64,000 nt of DNA, taken from Diplonema japonicum. Lineage: Eukaryota; Protista; Euglenozoa: Diplonemea. This document shows positions 1-9,639 of the stretch, piece after piece. Below the pieces are notes generated by a model. The model had not been told where the DNA came from. It searched no databases and saw only the letters and a list, made by a program, of their open reading frames with translations. The position numbers and the translations under genes are program-made. The stretch spans positions 310,001-374,000 of the forward strand of contig OZ025689.1 of NCBI GenBank assembly GCA_964019335.1, read 5' to 3'. How positions within the stretch are numbered: position 1 is the first letter of the stretch; each line of letters opens with the position of its first letter.

Positions 1-948
1 TCAAGGAGCAATAGTGCATGGCAGGGGTCGTTCTCATTGAAGTTGAAGAGCATCTTAAGCCACTCCAGGGCGGTTCTGTGACAGCCTCTTTTGATCATGC
101 TCTGCACTTTTACCTGAATGGTAAGGAAGAGGTCTTTATTGGCCCCTTCGAAGGGCATCGATCTGACGGAGAAAGGCGCCGTCCATGAGAAGTCGGGCGG
201 GGCTGAAAGGGATGCGGTATACAAGGCCTGATCGATCATCGCGGCACCTTCGGAGAACTCGCCCATCTGGCAGACGATCTCGTTGTATTTGAGTAGAGTT
301 GGAATGTAGTAAGGATATTTGTAGAGGAGGGCGTCAAAGGCTTGAAGGCGCATCGAGTTCACGGCTTGCTTCAGCAACGAAGCTGCTTTGAGGCAGTCAT
401 CAGACTCCACGAGGTGCCACTTGGGCATCTCCCCGCCTGTCGACGTCATTGAATATCCATGGTTCTGATACCTAGGCCATGTGTCTTGATCAGGCTTTGC
501 AAGAAGTGTTTCTCTGAAACGTAAAGCCTTCTTGGGCGCCTGGGGTCCGTAGCCGTGTTGCCTGTTGCGTTGTCTTCGGTTGTCGGCGTTCGCCTCGCGC
601 CTCTCATGAGCAATGGCTGCTGTCCCGAACATTTTCTTCAACTCTTCGTCCGGATTCAAAGCACCTCCGGTGCACGTCATGAGCTTCGCTAGTTCGGAGT
701 TCACCCTCTCTTCTTTTGCAAGTTCCTTCTTGTTTTTTCCTTTGTTCAGCTTCTTGGTATGCTCCATCAGTATTGCGTCAATGTCTTCTGACTCCGACGA
801 CTCTTTTACTTCCTCCTTCACTTGCTGCTTCTTTTTTTTCTTTTTGCTTTGCCGTGTGGGCTGCGTGTTGACGTGTTTGGCGGCAACCTCCGGTTCATTG
901 CCCTCTCGTGCTTTCTTCTGTTTCTTCTTCTCGTTTTTTCGATTTTCT

Positions 949-985
<37 letters not shown>

Positions 986-1192
986 TCTTCTTCCCTCTTC
1001 TTCTTCATCTTCTTATTTCACTATTCCTACATACGTGATGTCGCCTTGATCATCGAAGGCCCCGTCACACCATCTTCCTCGCTTTCGCTAGCCCTGCATG
1101 AAAGAAGGGTAAACAAGTGTTCTTTCCTGTTTTAGTACATACCTTCCTCCCAGCAGATCGTTTCCATGAAGTTTCTTGAGTAACCGTGACAT
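1..1192 (-). CDS. TCF25: TCF25/Rqc1 (ribosome quality control) family protein; runs off the left edge; introns at about 1094-1142 and 1012-1034
   Basis: Manual translation gives N-terminal MSRLLKKLHGNDLLGG, then LNPDEELKKMFG, LAKPDQDTWPRY, KYPYYIPTLL and KRGCHRTALEWLKMLFNFNENDP, matching Tcf25 family motifs. Two GTATG...AG introns restore the frame. Confidence 0.75.
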
Positions 1193-1313
1193 TTTTTTTT
1201 TTTTTTTTTTTTTTAGCCTTCCTATCGAAGTAACAAATGGGAAAGAAAGAATGGTCTTTCCTAGAGAAAACTGGAGCAGAAGCCCCCCTTTTCCGGTCTT
1301 TATACAAAATAAT

Positions 1314-2606
1314 TTAAACGCTCTTCTGGAAAGTAATGAGCTCGTGATACTCCTCGAAGAGGGTTACAGCTTCTTGGACGGAGAGGAGCGTCGACAAAGT
1401 GACGCCGTGTTGTTGCACTATAGGGATGAGGATACTTGGTTTGAGTTTGATGAGGGCGGTCTCATATGTCGCACTGAAAAGGGAACTAAAACTTGGCGGT
1501 TGACGGGAATCGAACACACGCATGATTTGCTTGATGATAGGAGTCGGTAAATTGAACTCCTTCCGCTTCTGGTCGTGGGTGCGTTGAGGAGCGGTGTAGA
1601 CCGAAGCAAGGCCCGCTTTAAGTGCTTTGAGGGAAAGAATGATACGGCCGCCTTCATGAGCCGGTCCTGCTGCCTCGAGCGTGGATTGAACCTCAAGAGC
1701 TCTGTTGATCATGTGAGTGAATTCGAAAGTGCTCAGTTCACGATCGTTGACCCTTATAAGATTGTAGTGGGGAGCAACAACCTTTTCTGTTTTGATACAT
1801 GCAGCTAGGGTGGTGTGGTTCGCTGCGATGGTGTTCTCCATATCGTTGTCCTTCTTCGAGTACGCTCTGATCTGGTTTGTCGTCTTGTAGTGCGGGTACA
1901 CGAAATTCAGAAACTCGTTGATGGAGATTGACTGATCCCGCTTCCCTTCCTCGCCGTCCATGTATTTGAACTTTTCGACAAGCGTCGCAGCGACTTGCGG
2001 GATCTCGATGTTTGTCAGCAGCTCCGACATGGTGATCATGCCCGACAAATCAGTGTCTAACTGTATAAAAATCTTTTTCATTTTCAAGTAATCCCCTTGA
2101 AAAAACTCCGCTTCGAGTGTTCGGTTCCGTTCCGCGATCTCGTAGATTTTACGCTGGACCGCCTTTGCGATGGAACACCCTTCCAGGTCGATGTGGCACA
2201 ACATCACGTTGTCCCGCAGCACACTTATTAGCTCGTTGGAAACGGCGTTCGACACTTCACAGTTCCCGCTGACGTCCAAAGAAGTTATCCTAGGGTGGCA
2301 TCGGATAACTTCCAAGACATCCAACAAACAGGTATCATCTATCCCTTGATGGGATATGCCCACATGTTCCAAAGATTTATTGGCCTGGATCACAGAGAGC
2401 AGCGCTTCTACTCCTTCTGATCCAAGGTAGTTCCCTGCAAGCTCTAAGTTTTTCATCTCGAAGCTGTCACTTTGGTCGCACAACGTGACCGCGAGATCAC
2501 TGTTCCTTTTTATCCCTCTTTGACTGCAGATTTCGCTGTAGATTCGCTTGTTGCTCTTTCCCTGGCAGAACATTCTGAAGCCGTGTTCTTTTTCCACTGT
2601 CGTCAT
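1314..2606 (-). CDS. Leucine-rich repeat (RNI-like) protein with an EF-hand pair
   Basis: 430-aa ORF with LRR units (LELAGNYLGSEGVEAL, ITSLDVSGN, IDLEGCSI) and EF-hand-like DTDLSGMITMSEL and DQSISINEF. Confidence 0.75.
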   Translation of the reverse strand: MTTVEKEHGFRMFCQGKSNKRIYSEICSQRGIKRNSDLAVTLCDQSDSFEMKNLELAGNYLGSEGVEALLSVIQANKSLEHVGISHQGIDDTCLLDVLEVIRCHPRITSLDVSGNCEVSNAVSNELISVLRDNVMLCHIDLEGCSIAKAVQRKIYEIAERNRTLEAEFFQGDYLKMKKIFIQLDTDLSGMITMSELLTNIEIPQVAATLVEKFKYMDGEEGKRDQSISINEFLNFVYPHYKTTNQIRAYSKKDNDMENTIAANHTTLAACIKTEKVVAPHYNLIRVNDRELSTFEFTHMINRALEVQSTLEAAGPAHEGGRIILSLKALKAGLASVYTAPQRTHDQKRKEFNLPTPIIKQIMRVFDSRQPPSFSSLFSATYETALIKLKPSILIPIVQQHGVTLSTLLSVQEAVTLFEEYHELITFQKSV

Positions 2607-2682
2607 CTTTTTTTGTTTTTTGTTGTTTTTTTTTTTTTTTTTTTTTTTTTTTCCTTCTTTTTTTTTTGGGGAAAAAGGAAAT

Positions 2683-3252
2683 TCATGTAGGAGGCCTAAC
2701 CCACTCTCCGGCCTCTCGACGATGTTGCAACAGTCTTGCTAGCTTGATGACTTCTTTGCAGGCTTTCTTGTCTGCAATTTTTAAACAGGTGAAGTTGATG
2801 CCGAAAACCCCCGATAACTTTAGTACCCGCTGGATCTCAGCAAGAGCCCGCTCACGCCCTGCAGAAGTGTAAACTGTATTCCGAAGTGGCTCTATCATGC
2901 AGCTTTCATCAGGCGAGAGCATTTCCGTCAAATCAAGCAACAATTTCACCATTTCGGTAGAACGAGAATCGAACTCACTTACACCGCAGAACATAGTCAG
3001 AACACATGCCTCTCGTGGGCATCCTATATTCTCGAGAAGTGCAGTCAGTTCCATTGATAGCCTTGTCATTCTCCTGGTAAAAAGGCGAAGAGGGGAGATG
3101 GAGGCAAGGAGGGTGGAAAGACAGTAATACTTGACACACTGCAAAAAAAAAAAGAAAAGAAAAGAAAAATAAGAAAATGAAAACATCCTCACTCTCTCCA
3201 CTACATTCAGAAACGAATGGAATACAAGGATTCCTTTCCCGCTTGGTGACAT
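2683..3252 (-). CDS. Hypothetical protein, probably spliced; 5' structure uncertain
   Basis: Coding-like stretch 2683-3070; T-rich intron-like segments lie upstream. Confidence 0.35.
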   Translation of the reverse strand: MSPSGKGILVFHSFLNVVERVRMFSFSYFSFLFFFFLQCVKYYCLSTLLASISPLRLFTRRMTRLSMELTALLENIGCPREACVLTMFCGVSEFDSRSTEMVKLLLDLTEMLSPDESCMIEPLRNTVYTSAGRERALAEIQRVLKLSGVFGINFTCLKIADKKACKEVIKLARLLQHRREAGEWVRPPT

Positions 3253-3464
3253 CAGTCGCCAAAAAATAATAATTTGAAAACTTTTCCCTTTTATTGGTCA
3301 AACCAGCATGATGCTTTTTTTCTTCTTCTTTTGCTGGGCACAAAAAAAACTTGACGAAAGTTTCCAATATCATTTCTCCCTCCCCCTCGTACACATTTAT
3401 TTGATAGACGACAAAAAGAGAAAAAAAATCCCCCTCTTTTCAGAAAAGAAAAAACAGAAAGAAC

Positions 3465-3512
3465 CTACTGCTCAGGATTCTTTGGTTGTCCGTTTACATC
3501 GACCCATGCCCT

Positions 3513-3551
<39 letters not shown>

Positions 3552-3845
3552 CCCTTGCACTCTACATACTGCTCCTCCGGTGACATAAATGCTGTGCTGT
3601 CAATGAAGCCTTCCTCAAATTCGAACTCGAAAATAGCAGAGCTAAAGTAAGGATCGTAGAAAGGATGTGTCCTTTGTGTGTTTCTTAGATTAGTTTACAA
3701 GGTCACATACTGCTCATATTTCTCCTGCGGGTCCCATTGTGGGGGCTTTTCGTGGCACCAACGCGCACCTGTGAATGTGAGGCAAAATGAACATAAAATA
3801 GAACATACCACCCCTCCTCATCGCTGCAGTCACTCCTCTCAGCAT
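3465..3845 (-). CDS. Small (about 80 aa) 4-exon protein with a mitochondrial presequence-like N-terminus
   Basis: Removing three GTATG...AG introns gives MLRGVTAAMRRGGARWCHEKPPQWDPQEKYEQTHPFYDPYFSSAIFEFEFEEGFIDSTAFMSPEEQAWVDVNGQPKNPEQ*. Confidence 0.5.
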
Positions 3846-3924
3846 TTTTTTCCTCTCCTCTTTTCCTTTCGAGATGAGATTTTTCACTGAAAGAGAAATA
3901 AAAAAGTGGGAAAGGAGACGAACG

Positions 3925-3963
<39 letters not shown>

Positions 3964-4541
3964 CTCGGTCTTTTAACGTCAAGGTGACAAAGAGAAAAAA
4001 AAGAAGAAAAAAAGAAGCGGAATGAGATGCGTGGATGAAAGAACAAAGAGCGAAAACAAGGGAGTGGGTGTAGGGGGTTTCCTTCGAAACTGTGCTTTAT
4101 TTCTCTTTATTGCCTTCGGTTATCTACTCAGCCCTCGATTTCTGAGTACCCCGCATCACCTCCACAGCAAGACCTCAAGAAGCTAAGAATGGCTGTTGTG
4201 GTTGTGAAAAAGAATGAGGTGAGTTGATACCCATAGCTGCTGTTAAACACCCTGCAATAAACGGAAGCCAATGCTGCGTCTCGCTTCCCCAATTGAAAGA
4301 AATACCCAGACTTCCCACACTGTGGTTTTTATTCCCTTTAATTCTCTACATACAACACAAGATAAACCCCCTGGCCGAAATGGCTTGTCATGAACCCAAA
4401 GTTGTTCCGCACCAGCTTTACACTCTTCTTTCCATCTACTCGCATCTGAGACAGCACTTGAAGGACGCCAAAGAACGCCAAGTATGCCCCAAGAATAGAC
4501 TCTGCAACCTTAGCATCTGTGAGTGTCAGTTAGTTAAAAAA

Positions 4542-4614
4542 CACCTCCCGCGGGGCTCGAACCCGCGACCACAAGGTTAAGGGCCTTGCGCTCTACCGAC
4601 TGAGCTAGGGAGGC
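4542..4614 (-). tRNA. tRNA-Lys(CUU)
   Basis: GCCTCCCTAGCTCAGTCGGTAGAGCGCAAGGCCCTTAACCTTGTGGTCGCGGGTTCGAGCCCCGCGGGAGGTG folds as a cloverleaf with A and B boxes, followed by a T6 Pol III terminator (4536-4541). Confidence 0.92.
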
Positions 4615-4626
4615 TGTGTTTTCTAG
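4600..4626 (-). repeat. 27-bp target-site duplication of E1 (second copy at 11912-11938)
   Basis: ctgagctagggaggctgtgttttctag is identical at 4600-4626 and 11912-11938. Confidence 0.95.
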
Positions 4627-5331
4627 TTTTTTTTTTTTTTTTTTTTTCAAAATACCAATAGGTGCCACCATGGGGGAGCAACACCTGGGAAGGGGAAAGG
4701 TGAAGGGAAGCATGGAAATATTACAGGGAGGGCGAAGACCAGTTCTTCTGCAATCAGATGGAGCTGTGGACTCCGCCAACCCGTGCACCTGTTTGGAACA
4801 GCCGAAGAGGGCTGAATTACTTTAATTCCAAGCCGCGTAGACCTACGTGACTCGGACGGGGACCTTGACCCCAGTTCGTCGTTTTTCTCGACTGGGACCT
4901 CTGGTGACCGGAACTGGCCCCGGTCGCCCCCTCGAGAGGGATTTGCTCCATTGAGCGAAACATGAAAGGGTGAGAGTAAAATCTCGTGTGCGCATGGGGA
5001 TGATAGGGGAAGCATTTGCTCTCCCCGCTGCACTCCGGCTGGCGGGGGGAGGGGATGGCCGTACCACACTCGTTCGTGCGAAGATGAGAGGACTCATCTG
5101 GGCAACTTCAGAGTAGGCCGGGCCATCCGTTTTTGACTACAATGTCAGGGCACACGATAACAAGAGGATGTTAATTTTAAAAATTTAAAAGTTTAAAAGG
5201 GGACGGGCATACTGGTAAGAGAAAGGCCAGACGCCGGATGATGATAAAGAAAAGGATGAGAGGGAGTGGAAGAGAGGGGAAGGGAACGTAAGCACTAAAA
5301 GAATTGAAATGTTGATCTCACCCTACTCACT

Positions 5332-8300
5332 TCAGCGCAACACGGGGGCCGCAGGGCCGGCGTCAAGGGAGACAGCCGGCGGGATGAACGAAGGGGCAGC
5401 GGTACCTGCCGTTGCCGCAGACGGCGACGTGAAGACCCCGGATCTGGCCCAGTCAAGCAAGCCAGAGTCGGCGATGAGGGTGAATACCTGCGTCACGCGT
5501 TTTGACAGGCACTCCACCAGCGAGGGGCGTCCATTGGGAGCGTCGAGCGAACCCCGTCCAACCACAGCGCACCCCCCAACAACGTGCTCCCTGGACATCT
5601 TTGCTCCACACGCTGGGCAGCTGAGCTCAGCCTTCTTCCTGTTCGGTCCAGCCGCCTGCAGGAAGCCGAAGAAGAGAGCGGAGTGCCCTACCCTCAGCCG
5701 CGAGATGACCGTCTCCGCTAGCCTGGGGAGGGACTGGGGGAAGCACGCCGCTCGGAGCCCCGTGGCCCTCGCGTATCTCGGGGCCACCTCCCCGACAATG
5801 ACCGCAGACCTCTGCTGAATCTGGCGACGGACCAGGGCCCTGACCGACCTGTAGTCGAGAGAGGGGCGAGTCAGCTCGCGCTTCGTGCCCTCCCCGGCCA
5901 GCCTGTCTGCCGCCTCGTTGCCAGGAACCCCGCAGTGGGACGGCACAAACTGGAGAATGACTGGTGCACCTTGTGCACGTGCCGCGGCCACCAGCAGTTC
6001 CCAGGTCTCGTGGTCGAGCCTCTCCCTCTGCCGCGAAGGACCTGCCCTCAGCTGATCAAGGAGAGAGAGCGAGTCGGTACAGATCGACAGCCGGCTGTCT
6101 GCCAACGTGGGGTGCTCGCTCCGGAGCGCGGCCACCATGTCCAGAGCCACCTTGACAGCCAGACCCTCCGCCCGAAAGGAAGAGCAGAAATTGCTGACGC
6201 CGAAGCTCTCGGACACGGGTTCGTGGGGGCGGGGGAGCTGCAAGTAGACCCCGGCGCCGCCCCTCCACCTCTGGCGGTCCCGTACGACAGAACCATCCGT
6301 ATAGGCATGGATACCCGGTGGAAGGGCAGCCAGAGCCTCCACGGCCGCCTTCCGCTTATCCACGTCCGGCGACGAACGCGTGACCCTGCCGGGAAGGGCA
6401 GTTCTGAACTCCACCAGGAACGCGTGCCACGGTGCTACTTTGGGCGAGGCAGTCAGTAGCTCGAAGGTGTCGTACTTCCTGAAGCCTTCCTGCGTCGTCC
6501 ACCCCTGCAGTCCGCAGCGTCGTAGCGCAAGGATACCCGCACGCAGCCACCCATTGCCCATACCGGTCATCCGCTTCTGCTCAAGGACCTCGCGGTGAAC
6601 CGGGGAGGTCCTCCAGCAGAACGACTTCGCCGTCAACACCGCCGCAGCTCCCTCAGCCATCTGTCGGAGGGGTAGCAGACCTGCCTCAGCAACAACCTTC
6701 GCCGTGCCCGAGCCGTGCCAACAACCCGAGATCAGCACCGCCGCTCTCTGGTGGAGCCCAACAAGCTCCTCCACCCTGCTGTCCCTGAGCCTGGCAAAGT
6801 AAACACCCATGCAGTACCGGAGTAGCGGGAGAACGTACGTGAGGTACAGAGATCGGAGCGTGGCCTTCTTGCACCCCCAGGTCGTGCCCGACAGGAGCCT
6901 TAGTACCCTCAGCCTCTTGTCAGCGCTCCTCAGGACATCCCCCGCATGCTCGTCAAACGTGAGCCCAGAGTCTACAGTGACCCCAAGATACTTCGCCGAC
7001 CCACATAGAGGCAAGGGGCGAGCCGCCATGTAACCAATGTCGGACCTCCGGATGGCGGCGGGGATGTCGAAGGACCGTTTGCCACCCGCCTCCACGACCC
7101 GAAAGCCAGACAGCTCACGGACGCCAGACAAGGTCCCACAGGCCCCAACCCCAAGATTAAGGACAGGGTCCTGGAAGGCCCCCGGGCAAAGCGGGACACG
7201 CGACGAAGAGAAGTAGACATTAAGCCGCTTCTGATAGGGAACGCACACTGCCTGCGACTTGCTGGAGCTCAGCAGCATGCCCCGTCTCCCACACCAGCCC
7301 TCAACCGCGTCCATCACAGCCTGGGCCCCTCGCTCAAGACCAGCCAGGTCGCCCTGCCCGGCTGAGACCACCACCGCAACATCGTCGGCATAAAGAACCG
7401 ACAGGTCCGCCATCCCAACCAGCAACCTGGCTAGCTCGTCGACGTAGATGGTGTAAAGGACGGGTCCCAGCACAGACCCTTGGGGCACCCCTCTCCTCAC
7501 CTTCGTCGTCGACCCTCGCGAACGACCCACCGTGACCGCCGCCGTACGACCGCAGAGGAAGGAGCGCGTCCATTCGACGAAGGGCTCAGGGATCCCTTTC
7601 CTCCGCATCATGCCCAAGAGAGCTTCGTGCTGAACCAGGTCAAACGCAGATGAGAAGTCAAACAGCAGGGCAGCCGACAGACGCCGACTGTCTTTGTTCC
7701 TCGACAGGCACCCGGTCAGGGACGCCACCTGCTCCTCCGTGGAGCGGCCCCTCCTGAAGCCAGCCTGGCTGTCGTGGAGACTCTCAACGCCCGACGCGCT
7801 AGAGTCTAGGAGAAAGGTAAGCCTCTCCTCTATCATCCTCTCAAGCAGCTTACAAAGACAGCTAGTGAGACATATGGGACGGTACGATGCAAGCAACGTG
7901 GCGTCCTTCCCTGCCTTCGCCACTGGAACAATCACCCCCTTCTTCCAGGCACCCGGCACGATCCCCGCCTGCCATGAGCGATTGAGGAGCAGAAGTAGAA
8001 CCCCGAGCGAGGGTTGGTCGAGGTGGAGAAGCATCTCCGCGAAGATGCCATCATCACCCGCTGCACTGCGTGTCTTCATCCTTCCCAGACCGCGGGTGAG
8101 ATCATACACCGTAAAGGCGTGGCACCCAAGCACGTTCGTCGAAGGAGCTACGTCCACCGCGTCCCCATCACCACCCTGGCCGTAGAGCTTGCCGAAGTGA
8201 GCCCCCAGGCGGTCGGCTTTCGCCTTGTCCGTCACGAACCTCCCCTCGAGAATGGGAAGGTGCGGTCTGCGGTGTCTGCCGTCCAGCTTCTTCACCGCCC

Positions 8301-9498
8301 TAAACGCAGACCCGAGGTCCTTGCTCCGACTGAGGTCAGCCGCCATCTCACCCCAGGCCGCGCGCTTCGACTCGGTCATGAGTTGGTTTACCTCCTTGAC
8401 CTTCGCCTTGTAGACCGCCGCCACGCTGTCGTCCTCAGTCTCAGCCGACTTGAGGAAGCGATCCCGCAGGGCGTTCCGTTCTTCGAAGGCGTCTTCGAGT
8501 TCGGCCGTCCACCAGGGGGTCGGGCCTCGTCGCACTCCGCAAAGCGGAATGTGGTCGTCAGCTGCATGCAGAAGAGCCTCTGTAACCTCCTTCGTGAAGG
8601 AGTCAATGTGGGCCTTCGTGTCGATCTTGGTCAGAAGGGCAGCGGCGGCCGCGGTGAAGTCGTCCCACCTGGCCTTTTTGAAGTTCCAGGTAGGGCAGGG
8701 TCGCTCCGAGCAGTAGGCGTCCTCAAGCGGCAGGCGGAAGGAAACCGGGCTGTGATCAGAGCCCCACGTCCCCAACGTCCTCGGCTCCAGTTCCGCACAA
8801 CGTCCCACCACCAGGTCCAGAACGCGTGGCGGTGAGTCCCGCGTCGGCTCGTCTCGGTTGTTGTAGACGGTGTAGCCGTGGGTGTCAAGCCAGTCCCTGA
8901 CCACGTTCCCCCTTTCGTTGGGCGTTGTCACCTTGGCATCCCAAGAGCTGTGGTGTGCGTTGAAGTCGCCAGCAACGATCGTGTTCTTCCCCACAGGTAG
9001 GCTGCCCGGCCGTAGGTACTCGGGGTCCCTTGTTCCTCTGCTTATACTCACAGGCGTGAGGTACACGTTGGAGAGGGTGACCGGGACGCGCTTCACACAG
9101 GAGATCCTCACGTCTAATCGCTCAGTGACACTGTCACCTTCAGGGAGTACGAAAGGAGCTTCCTCCGAGGCAAGGCAGTCACGGACATACGTGATGACAC
9201 CACCGCCTCTCGTCGCAGAGCCGTCCGTCACCGGTGTTGTGCGGTCCCTCCTGTAGGACGTGTATCCAGGCAGGTATGGTGTCTCATGCCCCTCCCTAAG
9301 GTGTGTCTCCTGGATCATAATGATATCCAGCGTCAGTAGGACAGCGTGGTAGGACACGGTTGACCACTTGGCGGCAAGACCGTTGCAGTTCCAGGACAGG
9401 ACCCTGAGTCCCTTCGGCTTCGGGGGTGGGAGCTTCTTAGGTGGACCGGGGTTCGTCTCAACCAGCCCAAGCAGCCCCAGCAGGTCCCTGGCCGACAT
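5332..9498 (-). CDS. E1 ORF2: 2A-like peptide, AP endonuclease, reverse transcriptase, RNase H, C-terminal Cys/His motif (frame open upstream to the UGA at 9640-9642)
   Basis: APE motifs SWNCNG, IQETH, GDFNAH, GSDH. RT motifs YRPICLTS, QAGFR, DFSSAFD, GVPQGSVLGP, YADD, KYLGV. RNase H motifs YTDGS, CTDS, VPSHCGVPGNEAAD. C-terminal CPAC...H. Confidence 0.95.
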   Translation of the reverse strand: MSARDLLGLLGLVETNPGPPKKLPPPKPKGLRVLSWNCNGLAAKWSTVSYHAVLLTLDIIMIQETHLREGHETPYLPGYTSYRRDRTTPVTDGSATRGGGVITYVRDCLASEEAPFVLPEGDSVTERLDVRISCVKRVPVTLSNVYLTPVSISRGTRDPEYLRPGSLPVGKNTIVAGDFNAHHSSWDAKVTTPNERGNVVRDWLDTHGYTVYNNRDEPTRDSPPRVLDLVVGRCAELEPRTLGTWGSDHSPVSFRLPLEDAYCSERPCPTWNFKKARWDDFTAAAAALLTKIDTKAHIDSFTKEVTEALLHAADDHIPLCGVRRGPTPWWTAELEDAFEERNALRDRFLKSAETEDDSVAAVYKAKVKEVNQLMTESKRAAWGEMAADLSRSKDLGSAFRAVKKLDGRHRRPHLPILEGRFVTDKAKADRLGAHFGKLYGQGGDGDAVDVAPSTNVLGCHAFTVYDLTRGLGRMKTRSAAGDDGIFAEMLLHLDQPSLGVLLLLLNRSWQAGIVPGAWKKGVIVPVAKAGKDATLLASYRPICLTSCLCKLLERMIEERLTFLLDSSASGVESLHDSQAGFRRGRSTEEQVASLTGCLSRNKDSRRLSAALLFDFSSAFDLVQHEALLGMMRRKGIPEPFVEWTRSFLCGRTAAVTVGRSRGSTTKVRRGVPQGSVLGPVLYTIYVDELARLLVGMADLSVLYADDVAVVVSAGQGDLAGLERGAQAVMDAVEGWCGRRGMLLSSSKSQAVCVPYQKRLNVYFSSSRVPLCPGAFQDPVLNLGVGACGTLSGVRELSGFRVVEAGGKRSFDIPAAIRRSDIGYMAARPLPLCGSAKYLGVTVDSGLTFDEHAGDVLRSADKRLRVLRLLSGTTWGCKKATLRSLYLTYVLPLLRYCMGVYFARLRDSRVEELVGLHQRAAVLISGCWHGSGTAKVVAEAGLLPLRQMAEGAAAVLTAKSFCWRTSPVHREVLEQKRMTGMGNGWLRAGILALRRCGLQGWTTQEGFRKYDTFELLTASPKVAPWHAFLVEFRTALPGRVTRSSPDVDKRKAAVEALAALPPGIHAYTDGSVVRDRQRWRGGAGVYLQLPRPHEPVSESFGVSNFCSSFRAEGLAVKVALDMVAALRSEHPTLADSRLSICTDSLSLLDQLRAGPSRQRERLDHETWELLVAAARAQGAPVILQFVPSHCGVPGNEAADRLAGEGTKRELTRPSLDYRSVRALVRRQIQQRSAVIVGEVAPRYARATGLRAACFPQSLPRLAETVISRLRVGHSALFFGFLQAAGPNRKKAELSCPACGAKMSREHVVGGCAVVGRGSLDAPNGRPSLVECLSKRVTQVFTLIADSGLLDWARSGVFTSPSAATAGTAAPSFIPPAVSLDAGPAAPVLR

Positions 9499-9639
9499 CC
9501 GTTCAAGTAAGGAAGGGATCAAGGAAGGGAGGACGTCGTACAAGTGATGTGGAAGGTGTCTCCTCGGCTGTATGCGCGGGAGACCAGGAGAGGGGGCGTG
9601 GTCGTCGATCTGACGCCCCCCCTGCTCAGCGGGACCCCT

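Noticed and set aside
4615-4626. Sequence-specific endonuclease target shared by both loci
   Set aside because: CTAGAAAACACA and AGATCTGGCATC share no convincing motif; only the distance to the tRNA is constant.
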